Shown: in pieces, positions 1-15,465 of the stretch
Numbering within the stretch: position 1 is the stretch's first letter
Layout: each line of letters begins with the position of its first letter
Assembly: GCA_020137815.1 (NCBI GenBank)
Contig: CM035351.1
Coordinates: 992,001 to 1,056,000, forward strand
DNA: 64,000 nt
Origin: Hormiphora californensis
Taxonomy: Eukaryota; Animalia; Ctenophora
Direction of reading: 5' to 3'
Program-made: the position numbers and the translations under genes
The notes under the pieces: model-generated
The model's database searches: none
What the model was told of the DNA's origin: nothing
What the model saw: the letters and a program-made list of their open reading frames with translations, nothing else

Positions 1-102
1 TTGATCCGTGCTTTACCCCCCAACCCCACCCTTCCCCATTTTCCCCCATATCAGTGTTTTCTTTCCGGTATTTACTGCAATAATTGATTTTTCTGCAATG
101 TT

Positions 103-572
103 CTAGGGTTTCACCCTTCCTTTGCTGGGGAGGGTTTCACTCCCTCTAGTTCTGAGGGTTTCACTCCCTCTCCTAGTTCTGAGGGTTTCACTCCCTCTCC
201 TAGTTCTGAGGGTTTCACTCCCTCTCCTAGTTCTGAGGGTTTCACTCCCTCTCCTAGTTCTGAGGGTTTCACTCCCTCTGGCCTCTCCTAGTTCTGAGGG
301 TTTCACTCCCTCTCCTAGTTCTGAGGGTTTCACTCCTTCTCCTAGTTCTGAGGGTTTCACTCCTTCTCCTGGTTCTGAGGGTTTCACTCCTTCTCCTGGT
401 TCTGAGGGTTTCACTCCCTCTCCTGGTTCTGAGGGTTTCACTCCTTCTCCTAGTTCTGAGGGTTTCACTCCTTCTCCTAGTTCTGAGGGTTTCACTCCCT
501 CTCCTAGTTCTGAGGGTTTCACTCCTTCTCCTAGTTCTGAGGGTTTCACTCCTTCTCCTGGTTCTGAGGGTT
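103..572. repeat. 27-bp minisatellite (cctagttctgagggtttcactccytct)n
   Basis: Directly visible tandem units; explains the repetitive VKPSELGEG / SPSSEGFTP ORFs. Confidence 0.95.
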
Positions 573-850
573 TCGTTGAGGATGTTTCATTCTCTCATTT
601 TCCCGCCGTTAATATAACTCTCCCGCTCCTCAATCTCCTCCCGCTCCAGCTCCAGCTCTTGGCACACCATCCCCCACGCATCCCATCTCCCCGTGACTCT
701 GTGTTATCAGTGCGTTGCACCATGGGGGTATACTAATTAGATCTTGTATAAAGATGATGATTTGGGGAATCTTCAGCTGTAAGGACGAATCATAGGCCGA
801 GCTGAGCAAAAATGTGTGAAAGTATACACAGGAGCGGAGATAGCGCTGGG

Positions 851-875
851 AGAGAGAGAGAGAGAGAGAGAGAGG

Positions 876-945
<70 letters not shown>

Positions 946-955
946 AAGAGAGAGA
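851..955. repeat. (AG)n microsatellite; similar AG/CT tracts at ~4540-4690, 10750-10872, 23860-24020, 34620-34760, 39124-39226, 48559-48660, 49471-49676, 62981-63068, 63737-63900
   Basis: Directly visible dinucleotide runs; source of the (RE)n/(SL)n spurious ORFs. Confidence 0.98.
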
Positions 956-1352
956 AATGCGAGGGTCCCCCGCTCTCTCTCTCTGATCATCGATCAAAAC
1001 CTGGTTATTTTCTTTGCTCCAGTTTTGTCTCCCCTTACCTTATTGTAATATTCTGGCTGCATTGCACCCTTTTCTTGCTGTCCCAATAGGGTGCCAGCCA
1101 CGTCTAGCTAGTCTGTATGAATATCTGCTTTCTCCCCAAATTCCTTGCATTCCGTGCATTCTTGTGTAACTGCATTCTCGGGTAACCATTGGTTACTAAC
1201 CAATCAACATTCCCACATTACACTATAATTTGTCGAGAGAATCTTGTGGTTTCCAAGAACATCTTGTTTACTGTTCCAAGATCACGCGATCTCGAATATT
1301 ATAATGCATTCCTCTCTTCTTTCTCTACTCGATCACCCCAAGCAGTAGTGCC

Positions 1353-5153
<3,801 letters not shown>

Positions 5154-6489
5154 TGGATGGAGAGTTTGATGAAGGAGTAACAGAGGAAAGAAAGAGAGAC
5201 TATCATCATACATACATCACTCTTCTATTCCTCGAACGCAGTAAATTACAACGCGAGATGTTGCGGACCTATAATAGAGCCCGGGCGGGTCAATTATAAT
5301 AGAGGCGGGCGAGATATAGTGGATAGATACACACACACTGAGATTCATCATTTTGTGAGATATCGGGGGACTGTGATATAATGGTACCACTGCTTTGCAT
5401 AATACCTAGTACTACTGCACTGCAGCTGCACTCCACAAAAAGAGGGCGATATACACATATTGGCGGATTATAATTAGTTAATTAGTTGTTCCCTAATTTC
5501 ACAATGACGTGGCGGAGACTATGGCGGACAATTTTATGTTTAATATGAGTATTATTGCACAGGGTGTGTATCCCACACACTGCTGGTATAATAACAGTTA
5601 GGGTATTTTAACGAAGTGCTATCTTGGAGGGATGGGAATTTGAAAACCCCAGGAAACCCCTTACACTTTGGTTTTACATAGATTATATTGTGTATTCGAC
5701 AATTTTCAAGTCAAATGGTAAAATTAATCTTCCCCTCCCTCCAACTAGCATTTAGATATTATATTCCCTGGATATAAGAGAGAGAGAGAGTTCGTACATC
5801 ATACAATAATGTGTGTGACCTGTCTGGCGGCGCTCAGATGGGTCGCGGCGCCAGACAGTGTGTGACACACTCCATATGTTGCGTCACGATTGTGTTTTTT
5901 ACACAAAGCTCTCAATGAGAAAATACACACACGAATAATAATATGAATTAACTCAGACTATACTTCTATGGTAATTTATTTTGTTAGCCCATATTTTAAA
6001 TCGCGGCGTCGAGCACAAATGCCCCGTCAGAGATGTCAAGAGATGGAGATGCTTTTGGAAATGTTCAATAATGCGTTCTTTTGCAGCCAGCAATTTGTTA
6101 ATTGTGGTGTCCTTGACCCCTTGCTGTTTGAACACATACACAATGACCTCAATATACACGAGATAAGATATATATCTAGTTGTTCTTTTACTAAGAATTG
6201 TGCAAAATGAGAAATTGTTGACTCAATTTTTCCAGCAGTACACACTCACTTAACATGTATTTGTATGTTGTGGCGGTGTTCTTCATGCTTCGTTGCAATA
6301 CCACACCTTTACTATTAAATCAAATAACTGAGTTTCCATGTCTTTTTATCTGGCACAACGAGATGCTACGACAGAAAAGGACAGCCAACATCAAAATAGA
6401 AGCGGTCGCGAAGATTTTGAAACTGCACCGCTTTACTGTGCCGCGCTAAATCTTTTGGCTTGAAGAAAACTTAACGCGCGGCGCAACTT

Positions 6490-6913
6490 GGGCGCGATTA
6501 TATACTCCATTTTTTTTCAACTGTTCACCCCCCAAAGTCGTGCGCGGAATTGTTTTGCGCGTCTATCATATGTTAACGTGTAGCGCGCACAGCGTAAATT
6601 AAAATATCGCACGCGCACGAGTTGAGGGGTGAACAGTTGAATAAAAATGGACTTTAATCTGGGTGCCTTGCAGCGTGTTTACAGGTGCGCGCTGCCAAAA
6701 AAGTACACCTAAAACCACTTAGACCGACTTTTTTCAAACGGCTATAGCCGCGCAACCACATGGCCGAATTGAGTAAACTAAACGGTATCTGATAGAGAAT
6801 CGATAGCCCAAACCCCAGCCCTAACCCGACCCTAACAACAGCCCTAACCCGTCTCGACTACCAAAATCGATGAATTGTTAGCAATGGAAGGCACCCAGAT
6901 TTTAACGTTTTCC
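6490..6913. mobile_element. Non-autonomous insertion flanked by a 9-bp direct repeat (gcgcaactt); contains ccctaa-like repeats and an internal inverted repeat (6506-6653)
   Basis: Direct repeat at 6481-6489 and 6914-6922. The segment is absent from the duplicate copy at ~19630. Its 3' part recurs at ~58520-58648. Confidence 0.65.
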
Positions 6914-7130
6914 GCGCAACTTTTTAGTTGGATCGCGAAACTCATCACGCGACGTTTTGATCTTTGTTTTTTAAACTTTTTTGTTTCTTTTAACTTTTTT
7001 CCCCAATTTTCCAAATCTCAAGTCCGTCATGCCGCAAGCGTGCGGTTTAAGGCCTTAGGGCGTCGCTTCCTGTAACTCTTAACACTCCGGTTTATTAGTG
7101 ATTATCTTTGACTCCGTTCCCAGCTTAAAA

Positions 7131-7814
7131 ATGTCCTCAGAAGTCGCGGAAGAAATATTGAGCAAACAGCGATCATACCTTCAAGACCTCACCATAATTC
7201 TTACGGATGCTGCTGTCAAAAAGTTTTCAGATGCAAAATGTGCGTACAGAAAAGACAACGAAAAGTTGATACACGAAGCAAACAAAAAGGAGGACGAATT
7301 GGTGAGCACAGTCAAGGATCTCCAGGAGTCGATTAAAATAAAGAATGATGCTCTCACTCGAATGAGTAGAGAACTTGTCAAGCTTGAAGCTGAACTTAAA
7401 GCGGAAAAGCAGTCCCATTCTGAAACAAAAGATTCGTTGACAGTGTGTCAAACAGAGCTTCGAAACACTGGTCAAGATCTAGAGCGTTATTTAGAAGTGT
7501 CACAGAAAGATCGTCATACCATTCAGGCGGCATACCTGGAGATGCGAGAGAAAGCGATCGAGGAGTCTCTTAAATGTACTAAATATGTCAATCAGTATAG
7601 TAAACTCAGGTCAGATAAAGAAAACTGTGAGTTACAACTGAGGGATAAGGAAGCGAAAGTGCAGCGGTTAAACAAGTCCATCAAATCATCCAAGAAATCA
7701 TTCCAAAAAGACCTTGTTAATAAAGAAGCAGAGAGACAGCAGCTGCAGTATTTATCCTTGCTCAAAGACCAACTTAACACCCCCGTTAAGCCTAATAAGT
7801 CACCCTCCCAATAG
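7131..7814 (+). CDS. SPATA24: SPATA24-like coiled-coil protein (intronless)
   Basis: 227-aa ORF from ATG 7131. Motifs ELKAEKQSHSETKDSL, MREKAIEESLK and LRDKEAKVQRLNK...ERQQLQYL resemble remembered SPATA24 sequence (EEKAAHAKTK, KVLQESSK, QKQQESY). Confidence 0.6.
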   Translation: MSSEVAEEILSKQRSYLQDLTIILTDAAVKKFSDAKCAYRKDNEKLIHEANKKEDELVSTVKDLQESIKIKNDALTRMSRELVKLEAELKAEKQSHSETKDSLTVCQTELRNTGQDLERYLEVSQKDRHTIQAAYLEMREKAIEESLKCTKYVNQYSKLRSDKENCELQLRDKEAKVQRLNKSIKSSKKSFQKDLVNKEAERQQLQYLSLLKDQLNTPVKPNKSPSQ

Positions 7815-7817
7815 AAA

Positions 7818-8931
7818 ATGGGTTGTGCGGCCTCCAAAAAATCACGGGTAGCTAAGCGTGATCTTAATGTGTACAAAGTTGATTTGGTGGGTTTTAAGTG
7901 GGGTTTTCTTTGCATGAAGCTGTGTATGTAAATATGATCAGAATGTAATCTTTCAACCTTTTTATTCATTTGTTATGCAGCATATATTATTAGCAATGGG
8001 ACTTTTTCACCAGTCTGCATTTTGTACCCCTGTTAACCCCCAATTTCTTCCTAACAAGTACTCTCCCTCCTAGGGAATGAAGATGGCGCGGTTAACGACC
8101 CACACATCCTGTATCAACACAACCTACCTCAAGGGACCTGCCAGGGGCTCCGTGCCCAAAGATAAGGTCCCATTCTCCACTGCATTCCCGGAGTACGCCC
8201 CCGTGGTTTATACGGCTCCCTCGGTCCTGGCCGGTCCTGTTTGGGCGGATAAGGACATAAAGGCGGGAGTTAAACATGATATGAAGTTCAATACGCTGGA
8301 TGGAAAAGTGAACAGGGTGTCTCATTATGGGGAATACAAGGTAGAGGAAGGGATGCCAGTGAACCCAGTTGGTAGAACGGGGATCAAGGGAAGGGGTCTT
8401 CTTGGGAAGTGGGGACCCAATCACGCTGCTGATCCTGTGGTAACCAGATGGAAACGGGACGAGAAGGGTGCTCCTGTGAAAGTGTCTGGTAAAGGCGTCC
8501 TGGAGTTCGTGGGGATAAAGCGGCGGGATACGGGCGAGTGGGCCATTCCTGGGGGTATGGTTGACGCTGGAGACTCTGTTAGTGCCACCCTGCGGAAAGA
8601 GTTTGGGGAAGAAGCTTTGGCCGCCCTAGATATGCCTAAAGCGGAGCAGGAACGAGTAATGAAACTCACAAAACAGCTCTTCTCTGGGTCTGGTACGACT
8701 CTCTACCGAGGCTACGTGGACGACCCCAGGAACACTGATAATGCCTGGATGGAGACTGTAGCTGTGAACTTCCATGATGCCTCTGGGGATCTGTTTTCTT
8801 CCTTTAAACTGAAGGCTGGTGATGATGCCGGGGCTGTTAGCTGGATATCAATCGACCAATCGATAAAGCTGTATGCAAACCATCGTACATTTATTGAGGC
8901 TGCGGTAACTCATAATAAGGCTCACTGGTAG
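7818..8931 (+). CDS. NUDT9: NUDT9-like ADP-ribose pyrophosphatase, paralog A; probable upstream exon 7818-7886 spliced to 8074-8931
   Basis: NPVGRTGIKGRGLLGKWGPNHAADP, Nudix box [36 protein letters not shown]. The upstream MGCAASKK exon joins in phase 0 at the cctag acceptor (8073). Confidence 0.92.
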
Positions 8932-9516
8932 CCCAATATCAAATCTGACAAGAAACCAATGTTTTGCTGAAATTATAAAATGTCCTTGAATATATATCAC
9001 ACAGAAAAAGGTTTGGTGTAGTTTTATTTTTCGTGTGTTAGTTTTAACGAGAATTATAATGTTTTAGCAAAGTTTGAAATGTATCTCTTTTATAGCAGAG
9101 CACACACACTAATGTAATAAACTTGTTTGCCTTCTATCTAGTTGGGTGTTGTGTATCTATTCTCTTGTGTGCATTCCTTACAGAATACATCCGTTCCTTT
9201 GTGTGGGAAAGAGTAAGGGGTCTTATTAGAGTAATTTGTATAGACCCTCCAGTTTATAATGAATGTGTAAATGTTCAAATAATCGTTGTAAATATAATGT
9301 TCTATCGTACTAAGATTTTCAATTTCAAGTGTTTTTATTTGACCCCAAATTGGTTCGCTTTGGTTCTTAATTTCCCTTTCTTTCCTCATTTCCCTCTCTT
9401 ATCCCCAGTCCCCCATATCAAACGGATTCTCTTCTATCCAATCTCCTTTTAAAACCATATCTCAATTATTCCACTTCTAACTAACTCAAGATATCCGTAG
9501 GTGCACCGTCCTGCTC

Positions 9517-10344
9517 ATGTCCCTACACTCCAGGTGCCGTAACTCGCCCTACGATGACGGCAAGGCCAAGAGATTCCCAGTTCCAGATTCCAAGGTCCCC
9601 TGGTCTGTTTCCTACCCCGAGTACACCCCGGCCCTCTATACCAGCCCCCTAGTTGCCGCTGGTCCGGTGTGGGCGGATCCTGAGAAAGGGAACTTTAAAT
9701 TCAATGCCCTCGATGGTAGGACGGATAGGCGTTCCGTGGTGGGTGAGTACAAGGTAGAGGAAGGGATGCCAGTGAACCCAGTTGGTAGGACCGGGATCAA
9801 GGGAAGGGGTCTTCTTGGGAAGTGGGGACCCAATCACGCTGCTGATCCTGTGGTAACCAGATGGAAACGGGACGAGAAGGGTGCTCCTGTGAAAGTGTCT
9901 GGTAAAGGCGTCCTGGAGTTTGTGGGGATAAAGCGGCGGGATACGGGCGAGTGGGCCATTCCTGGGGGTATGGTTGACGCTGGAGACTCTGTTAGTGCCA
10001 CCTTGCGGAAAGAGTTTGGGGAAGAAGCTTTGGCCGCCCTCGATATGCCTAAAGCGGAGCAGGAACGAGTAATGAAACTCACAAAACAGCTCTTCTCTGG
10101 GTCTGGTACGACTCTTTACCGAGGCTACGTGGACGACCCCAGGAACACTGATAACGCCTGGATGGAAACTGTTGCTGTGAACTTCCACGATGCCTCTGGA
10201 GATCTATTTTCTTCCTTTAAACTGAAGGCTGGTGATGATGCCGGGGCTGTTAGCTGGATCACCGCTAGCAGCAAACTCCCCATGTACGCGAGTCATGCCA
10301 ACTTTGTGAAATGTGCTGTGGAGAAACTGGGAGGTGATTGGTAG
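9517..10344 (+). CDS. NUDT9: NUDT9-like ADP-ribose pyrophosphatase, paralog B
   Basis: Same NUDT9 motifs; N-terminus HSRCRNSPY...RFPVPDSKVPW is typical of NUDT9. A ctaac branch point and tag acceptor (9500) lie just upstream. Confidence 0.95.
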   Translation: MSLHSRCRNSPYDDGKAKRFPVPDSKVPWSVSYPEYTPALYTSPLVAAGPVWADPEKGNFKFNALDGRTDRRSVVGEYKVEEGMPVNPVGRTGIKGRGLLGKWGPNHAADPVVTRWKRDEKGAPVKVSGKGVLEFVGIKRRDTGEWAIPGGMVDAGDSVSATLRKEFGEEALAALDMPKAEQERVMKLTKQLFSGSGTTLYRGYVDDPRNTDNAWMETVAVNFHDASGDLFSSFKLKAGDDAGAVSWITASSKLPMYASHANFVKCAVEKLGGDW

Positions 10345-10732
10345 ACCGATGAGAGAGAGAGGTTGTTTTCCTACTATGTAGTGACCCCGGGCATACTGCT
10401 GGAATAAAATAAACACTAAAATAGAACAAAATCCAGTGAGATATGTTATTTTTGTGAATTTAGATTTTAGTGGGTTGTTTATTTGAGTTTATTTTTCTAG
10501 TATTTGTATAATTTTTATTGAGGTTTGTTTTTTGTAGTAGTTTAGTGTTATTTATCGTTTTGAGAGTTGTATATATTTTCCTGTAAATTTCCTGTAAATT
10601 TGCCCGACAAACTTACTTGGCAACGATACCACTGTTTCAATCTGTCTACCTCATCTCTCTGATCTTTTTCGTCTGTCTCTAAGATATTTCTCTCTTTCTC
10701 CCTCTCTTTTTCACTTTTTTGTGACTCTCTTA

Positions 10733-10876
<144 letters not shown>

Positions 10877-10939
10877 TGTTCTGCTCCATTCTCCATCTAC
10901 TCTCATCTTATCTTCTCCTCCGTTGTTCTTTAGTTTGGT

Positions 10940-13852
10940 AGATCTGCACTCTTGCCGGTGGTCTGCTCCACGTGTTGCACCCCGGACTTTACTTTCACAT
11001 TTACAAGACCTCACGTCTCTGCTTTGTGGGGGAAAACGCGATGTCGGGCTGTTGTACCAAAGGACTATGACAATCGAAGCCAACTTTCGAGTAGCAGTTC
11101 GTTAATTGTGTCACAACTCTGTTGTAATTGAGTTTAAGAAGGCCGCACAGACTTTATAATTTGGAGGTGGTGAGAGACAATGGTAGATCGTCCAGTGTAG
11201 TAGTAGTTAGTAGAACAAAGAGAGTGATAGAGAGAGAGAGAGTGATAGGGAGATGTGTGTGTCCGGCGAGAGATAGAAAGAGAGCCGGAGAGAGAGAGAA
11301 GAGAGAGAGAAAGAGAGGTACGAGAGACCGGACCTTGGAGAATTATGGTACTTCCTTCAAACACACACGAGATACCCATCACACCATGTGGTGTTTACGA
11401 ATTGTGTGTTTTTTGTGTGTGGAACAATTCCTTGTTTTATCAAACTTCCTTCCACTCCGTTCCCTATACATATCATTTACCTTCCTCTGCCCCCTGCCTT
11501 GCCACTTCTCTCACCGCATTCGGATTGTCATGGGGACTCCTTCTTCACACCTGGTATATTTTCACATGAAAACTGTCCGTCTTCTCCTTGGGGCTGATTG
11601 CTCTACTTTCATGCCATCAATCGATCACGCTGATCGATAAATGTACATGTTGTTGTGTTCACTCTGAGGGTTGTTTCCAGTTGTAAGGAACTGACTGTCC
11701 GGTTTATTTTGGTATGACGTACATCTTAACTTGCTCCATAATACCACGCACCCTCGCTTTCAATCACCCCATATACTCAGGAAGGAATGATGGCATTTGG
11801 TGTCGACTGCTTCTCTATGTTAATGCGCGTATGTAATGAGTTACTAGACCCAGGAAACGAAAGTCTGCCATTCAAAAGGGAATAAAGAATGCTACACTCC
11901 TTACCCCGAATACAGCCTGTTTAGTGAAAATAGAGGAGTTGTTAGTGGCTTGGGAAATCCTGTAATCAAACAACTATACATCGTATAATGTGGTATTCAT
12001 GCTGTCTTGTAGAATTGTCTTGTATCACTCGTTCTTTTCTATGATATGTCGTCATGAACATATATGCGGAACGCCCTGTACTTAAGAGTGCGGTTATTAG
12101 TTCATTAGTTTACCTATCCCCTGCATCGCGATGACACGGCAATTTATAGCTCGAACATGAGTTGTTGTATTTCCGGTTACCATGGTAAAACAAACAACCA
12201 TCGACAACCACGTACATACGTAGTATAATGTGGCTATCATGCATTCTTCAGAATATGTCTTTAGCAGCTTCCTATCTTGTTCTTCAGTAGCTCAGAAAAA
12301 AGTTACATCACAGAGAGTTTAAAATATACTGTCTTCCGATTACGTCACTGCATCTAAGAAACAAACAAACAACAACATACACTATACACAATAATACATT
12401 TACCATGTACAATAACACATTATACATGTTCACATATTCAACTGGCAGTGTATTGATGGTGGCCATATATTGTTGCAGTTTAGCATATAATGTCTCCAGT
12501 TACACACACACAGCCCACATAAAAATATTCCTCCTTCTTCATCGCTATTTCTTCTTGTTTACAGTTTCCGTTTATTATATAGCTGTGTGTAACACGCACA
12601 GACCAAATCTCTCTAACTCTATCTCTTTCTATCTATGTCTTTCTCTCTGTCTCTATATCTCTACCTACCTAACTGTTTCTTTCTCTCAATCTTCCATCGA
12701 TGTTTCCTAAGTGGTATGCTACTTTAACAAGCTGGTAATATCGGCTGATAATTATAACAACCTCTCTTCTTGAAGTATATGGGCTGTCACTTAGTGTCAC
12801 ATGAAATTAGAATCATTAATTACGCAAGGACATATAGTATTTAATCGGTATATCTCAGACTTTATACATGTGTGCCTCAATTATACTAGACCCTTGGTAC
12901 CCTGCCTTTGTAAAATGTAAAACTTTCCAAGAGCTCTTTCTTGTGCTATGCACGAGAAAGGGAGGGGGTTTTAGGCTACTAAATCACATACTCTCCTAAC
13001 CTTCCCCTCCCTTCCTTCCAGGTACTCCACACAATACGAGACACGCCTGCCAACCCTAAAGGAATTGTAGCTCTCTCTATCAACGCTGATAACTCATACC
13101 TCGCATACCCTGGATCAGGACAAATCGGCGAAGTCCAAGTATTTGACACCCTCAATCTTGACGCAGTGACCATGATAGCAGCCCATGACACCCCCCTCGC
13201 CGCTCTCTCATTCAATTCTTCAGGCTCCCTCCTTGCCAGTGCTAGTGAGAAGGGTACCGTTATCAGGATATTCAGTATACCAAGTGGAACTAAAGTATTC
13301 GAACTGAGACGGGGTGTTAAAAGGTGTGCTGCTATCTACTCCCTGAACTTTAGTCCTGATGACCGGTACATGTCCGCATCCAGTAACACTGAAACAATCC
13401 ACATCTTTAAACTGGACAGTAGTGGTGGTGGACAATCCACTGTGGCAGCAGCGGCTGAGGTGCCCGCTACATCACCCCCTGAGTCCCAGTCATGGGGGCA
13501 GTACCTTGGAGCGGCCCTCGTCAGCACAGCTAGTTACCTACCCTCCCAGATGACGGATGTCTTCACCCAGGGGAGGTCATTCGCACATGTCAAGTTGCCA
13601 ACAGCGGGTCTCCGTTCAATATGTGCCCTGACAACAACAGGGAAACTGCTGGTGGCCAGTTCTGATTCCTATCTCTACGTCTATAACATCGACCAAGAGG
13701 AGGGCGGGGAGTGTGTTTTGTCGAAACAACACTGTATGCTTGCTGCCAGTGATCCCAGTGAGGATTCCCTACCCACTTCGTCTGTAGAGCAACCCTCAGA
13801 ACAGAGCCAAGGAGGCGGAGAGGAACCGCCTTCATTTCAAACAAACTACTAA
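10940..13852 (+). CDS. WIPI2: WIPI2/ATG18 PROPPIN, three exons; exons 1-2 (~10940-11095, ~11780-12000) corrupted in this copy, last exon 13022-13852 intact
   Basis: Last exon has [20 protein letters not shown], the LRRG phosphoinositide motif and [12 protein letters not shown]. The first exons are readable in the duplicate (MNLA...[11 protein letters not shown]; [33 protein letters not shown]). Confidence 0.9.
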
Positions 13853-15006
13853 ACTATGTGTCCGTGTGCGTGTGGGATAAATTTAAAACCGGGGATTTGA
13901 TGCCAACTGCAGAGGGTATGACCTGACCTGACTGCAATATATCTCTTTTGAGAGAACAATTCAAACTCATGATTATGTTATAAAAGACTCTGTAAAGACT
14001 GATGAGAGAGGAAGAGAGCGAGTTATTAAACGGCCATTGTTCAGCCTGAGTTACACTGGAAATGGTCTAAACAGAAAGCAGCGAGTAATCTTTTTGTATG
14101 TTCTATATCTATGTGTGTTAAGGATAATATTTCGAATACAATATATAAATATTATATTGATTTATGTAGAGCAAGAGAGAGAGAGAGGTGTCTCCCGGTT
14201 TGTATACAAAGGGGTCTATATATGAATTTACAGTTTCTGTTATGAGTATGATGAATTTAAATACAGTTTGTCTGCCAATTATCTTGTTTATTTTAGACTC
14301 CAAGGAATGGATGCGACTTGACAATAATACACATCTGAGCCACATCCGGTTATTAACCACAGGTCGTCCTTCCCTGTCGCTGTTATGTTGGTTACATCAT
14401 TACCAGTGATGCGCGACTAGCAAATTCCGGGCGCGGTTAACTGAAAGTGGAAGGTGTAAGCACTATTGGCACGCGCAAATAAAATATGCGCAATTTACCA
14501 AAGTTGATGAACGCCGCGCCGCGCGAATTGCCAAGTCATTTTCAAATTCACAAAATTTCATCTTTTTGATTTCCAGCGCAAGATTTTAACTTTTTTAAAT
14601 GAAAAAAATTCGTCTGGGCTCTGGTTTCGAAATTCCACTGCCCTATCCCCTGTTTGTGCTTTGTTGCACCTTTCAGTGGTGCTCCGTCGTATTGGCCGCC
14701 CAAAGCGTTTTCCACAAAATCCAAAAAGCATTCAATGGCTGCGGACTGCGTCTTAGACGTCGTGGACAACGCTTAATGCAGGCGGCCAATATTACGGAAC
14801 ACCACTGTTTGAAGTGTATCTACGCTAAGATTAAATACTTATCCTTTGATTAAAATTTAAGTGTGTTTGCTTAGCGCAGTCCATGGCGTTCGGCAATAAA
14901 ACAGATAAGCCACTACCGTCGCTTCTGAATCCAAGTAGCAGCAAAGAGAGAGATAGAGAGAACAACCAAACTAACACTCATGTTGTTTAGGTATTGTGGC
15001 GTTTTC

Positions 15007-15365
15007 ATGAAATTGGTTGAGTTTCTCTTCTCCCAAAATCAAGACCATCCCACACCATCCTCTGTTGAAAAGATTCTATCCGGTACTGGCGTTGTAAAGG
15101 ATCTTGATAACGAGGCAGGTCGGCTAACACTTGAGACAAACGGGCCGATTCACGAGGTCGAGGGCAAGCTAAAGTCTGTTTATGACAATGTAAAGTTGGT
15201 TGGGATTAGTAGTACTGCTGCGATTAAAGGAGCTGCAGTAGCCATTGTTGGCGGTATTGGTACTAAAGGTGTCATCCGCTTGGTACAAGATGAAGATTCT
15301 GTCTGTGTCGATGGAACCGTGTCTGGCCTGGAGCCAGGTCGATACCAGGTTTCTGTCAACGAATT
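15007..15365 (+). CDS. CCS: Copper chaperone for SOD1, 5' part, cut by the assembly gap
   Basis: GAAVAIVGG..KGVIRLVQ...VDGTVSGLEPG; near-identical to the complete copy at 28213. Confidence 0.85.
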
Positions 15366-15465
15366 NNNNNNNNNNNNNNNNNNNNNNNNNNNNNNNNNNN
15401 NNNNNNNNNNNNNNNNNNNNNNNNNNNNNNNNNNNNNNNNNNNNNNNNNNNNNNNNNNNNNNNNN
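15366..15465. other. Assembly gap (N run)
   Basis: Run of n. Confidence 1.

Noticed and set aside
103-736. 148-aa and 204-aa repetitive ORFs
   Set aside because: Translations of a 27-bp minisatellite open on both strands; no coding evidence.
6800-6850. ccctaa repeats as a telomere (also 58530-58585)
   Set aside because: Few, interrupted units inside a dispersed repeat; not a terminal array.
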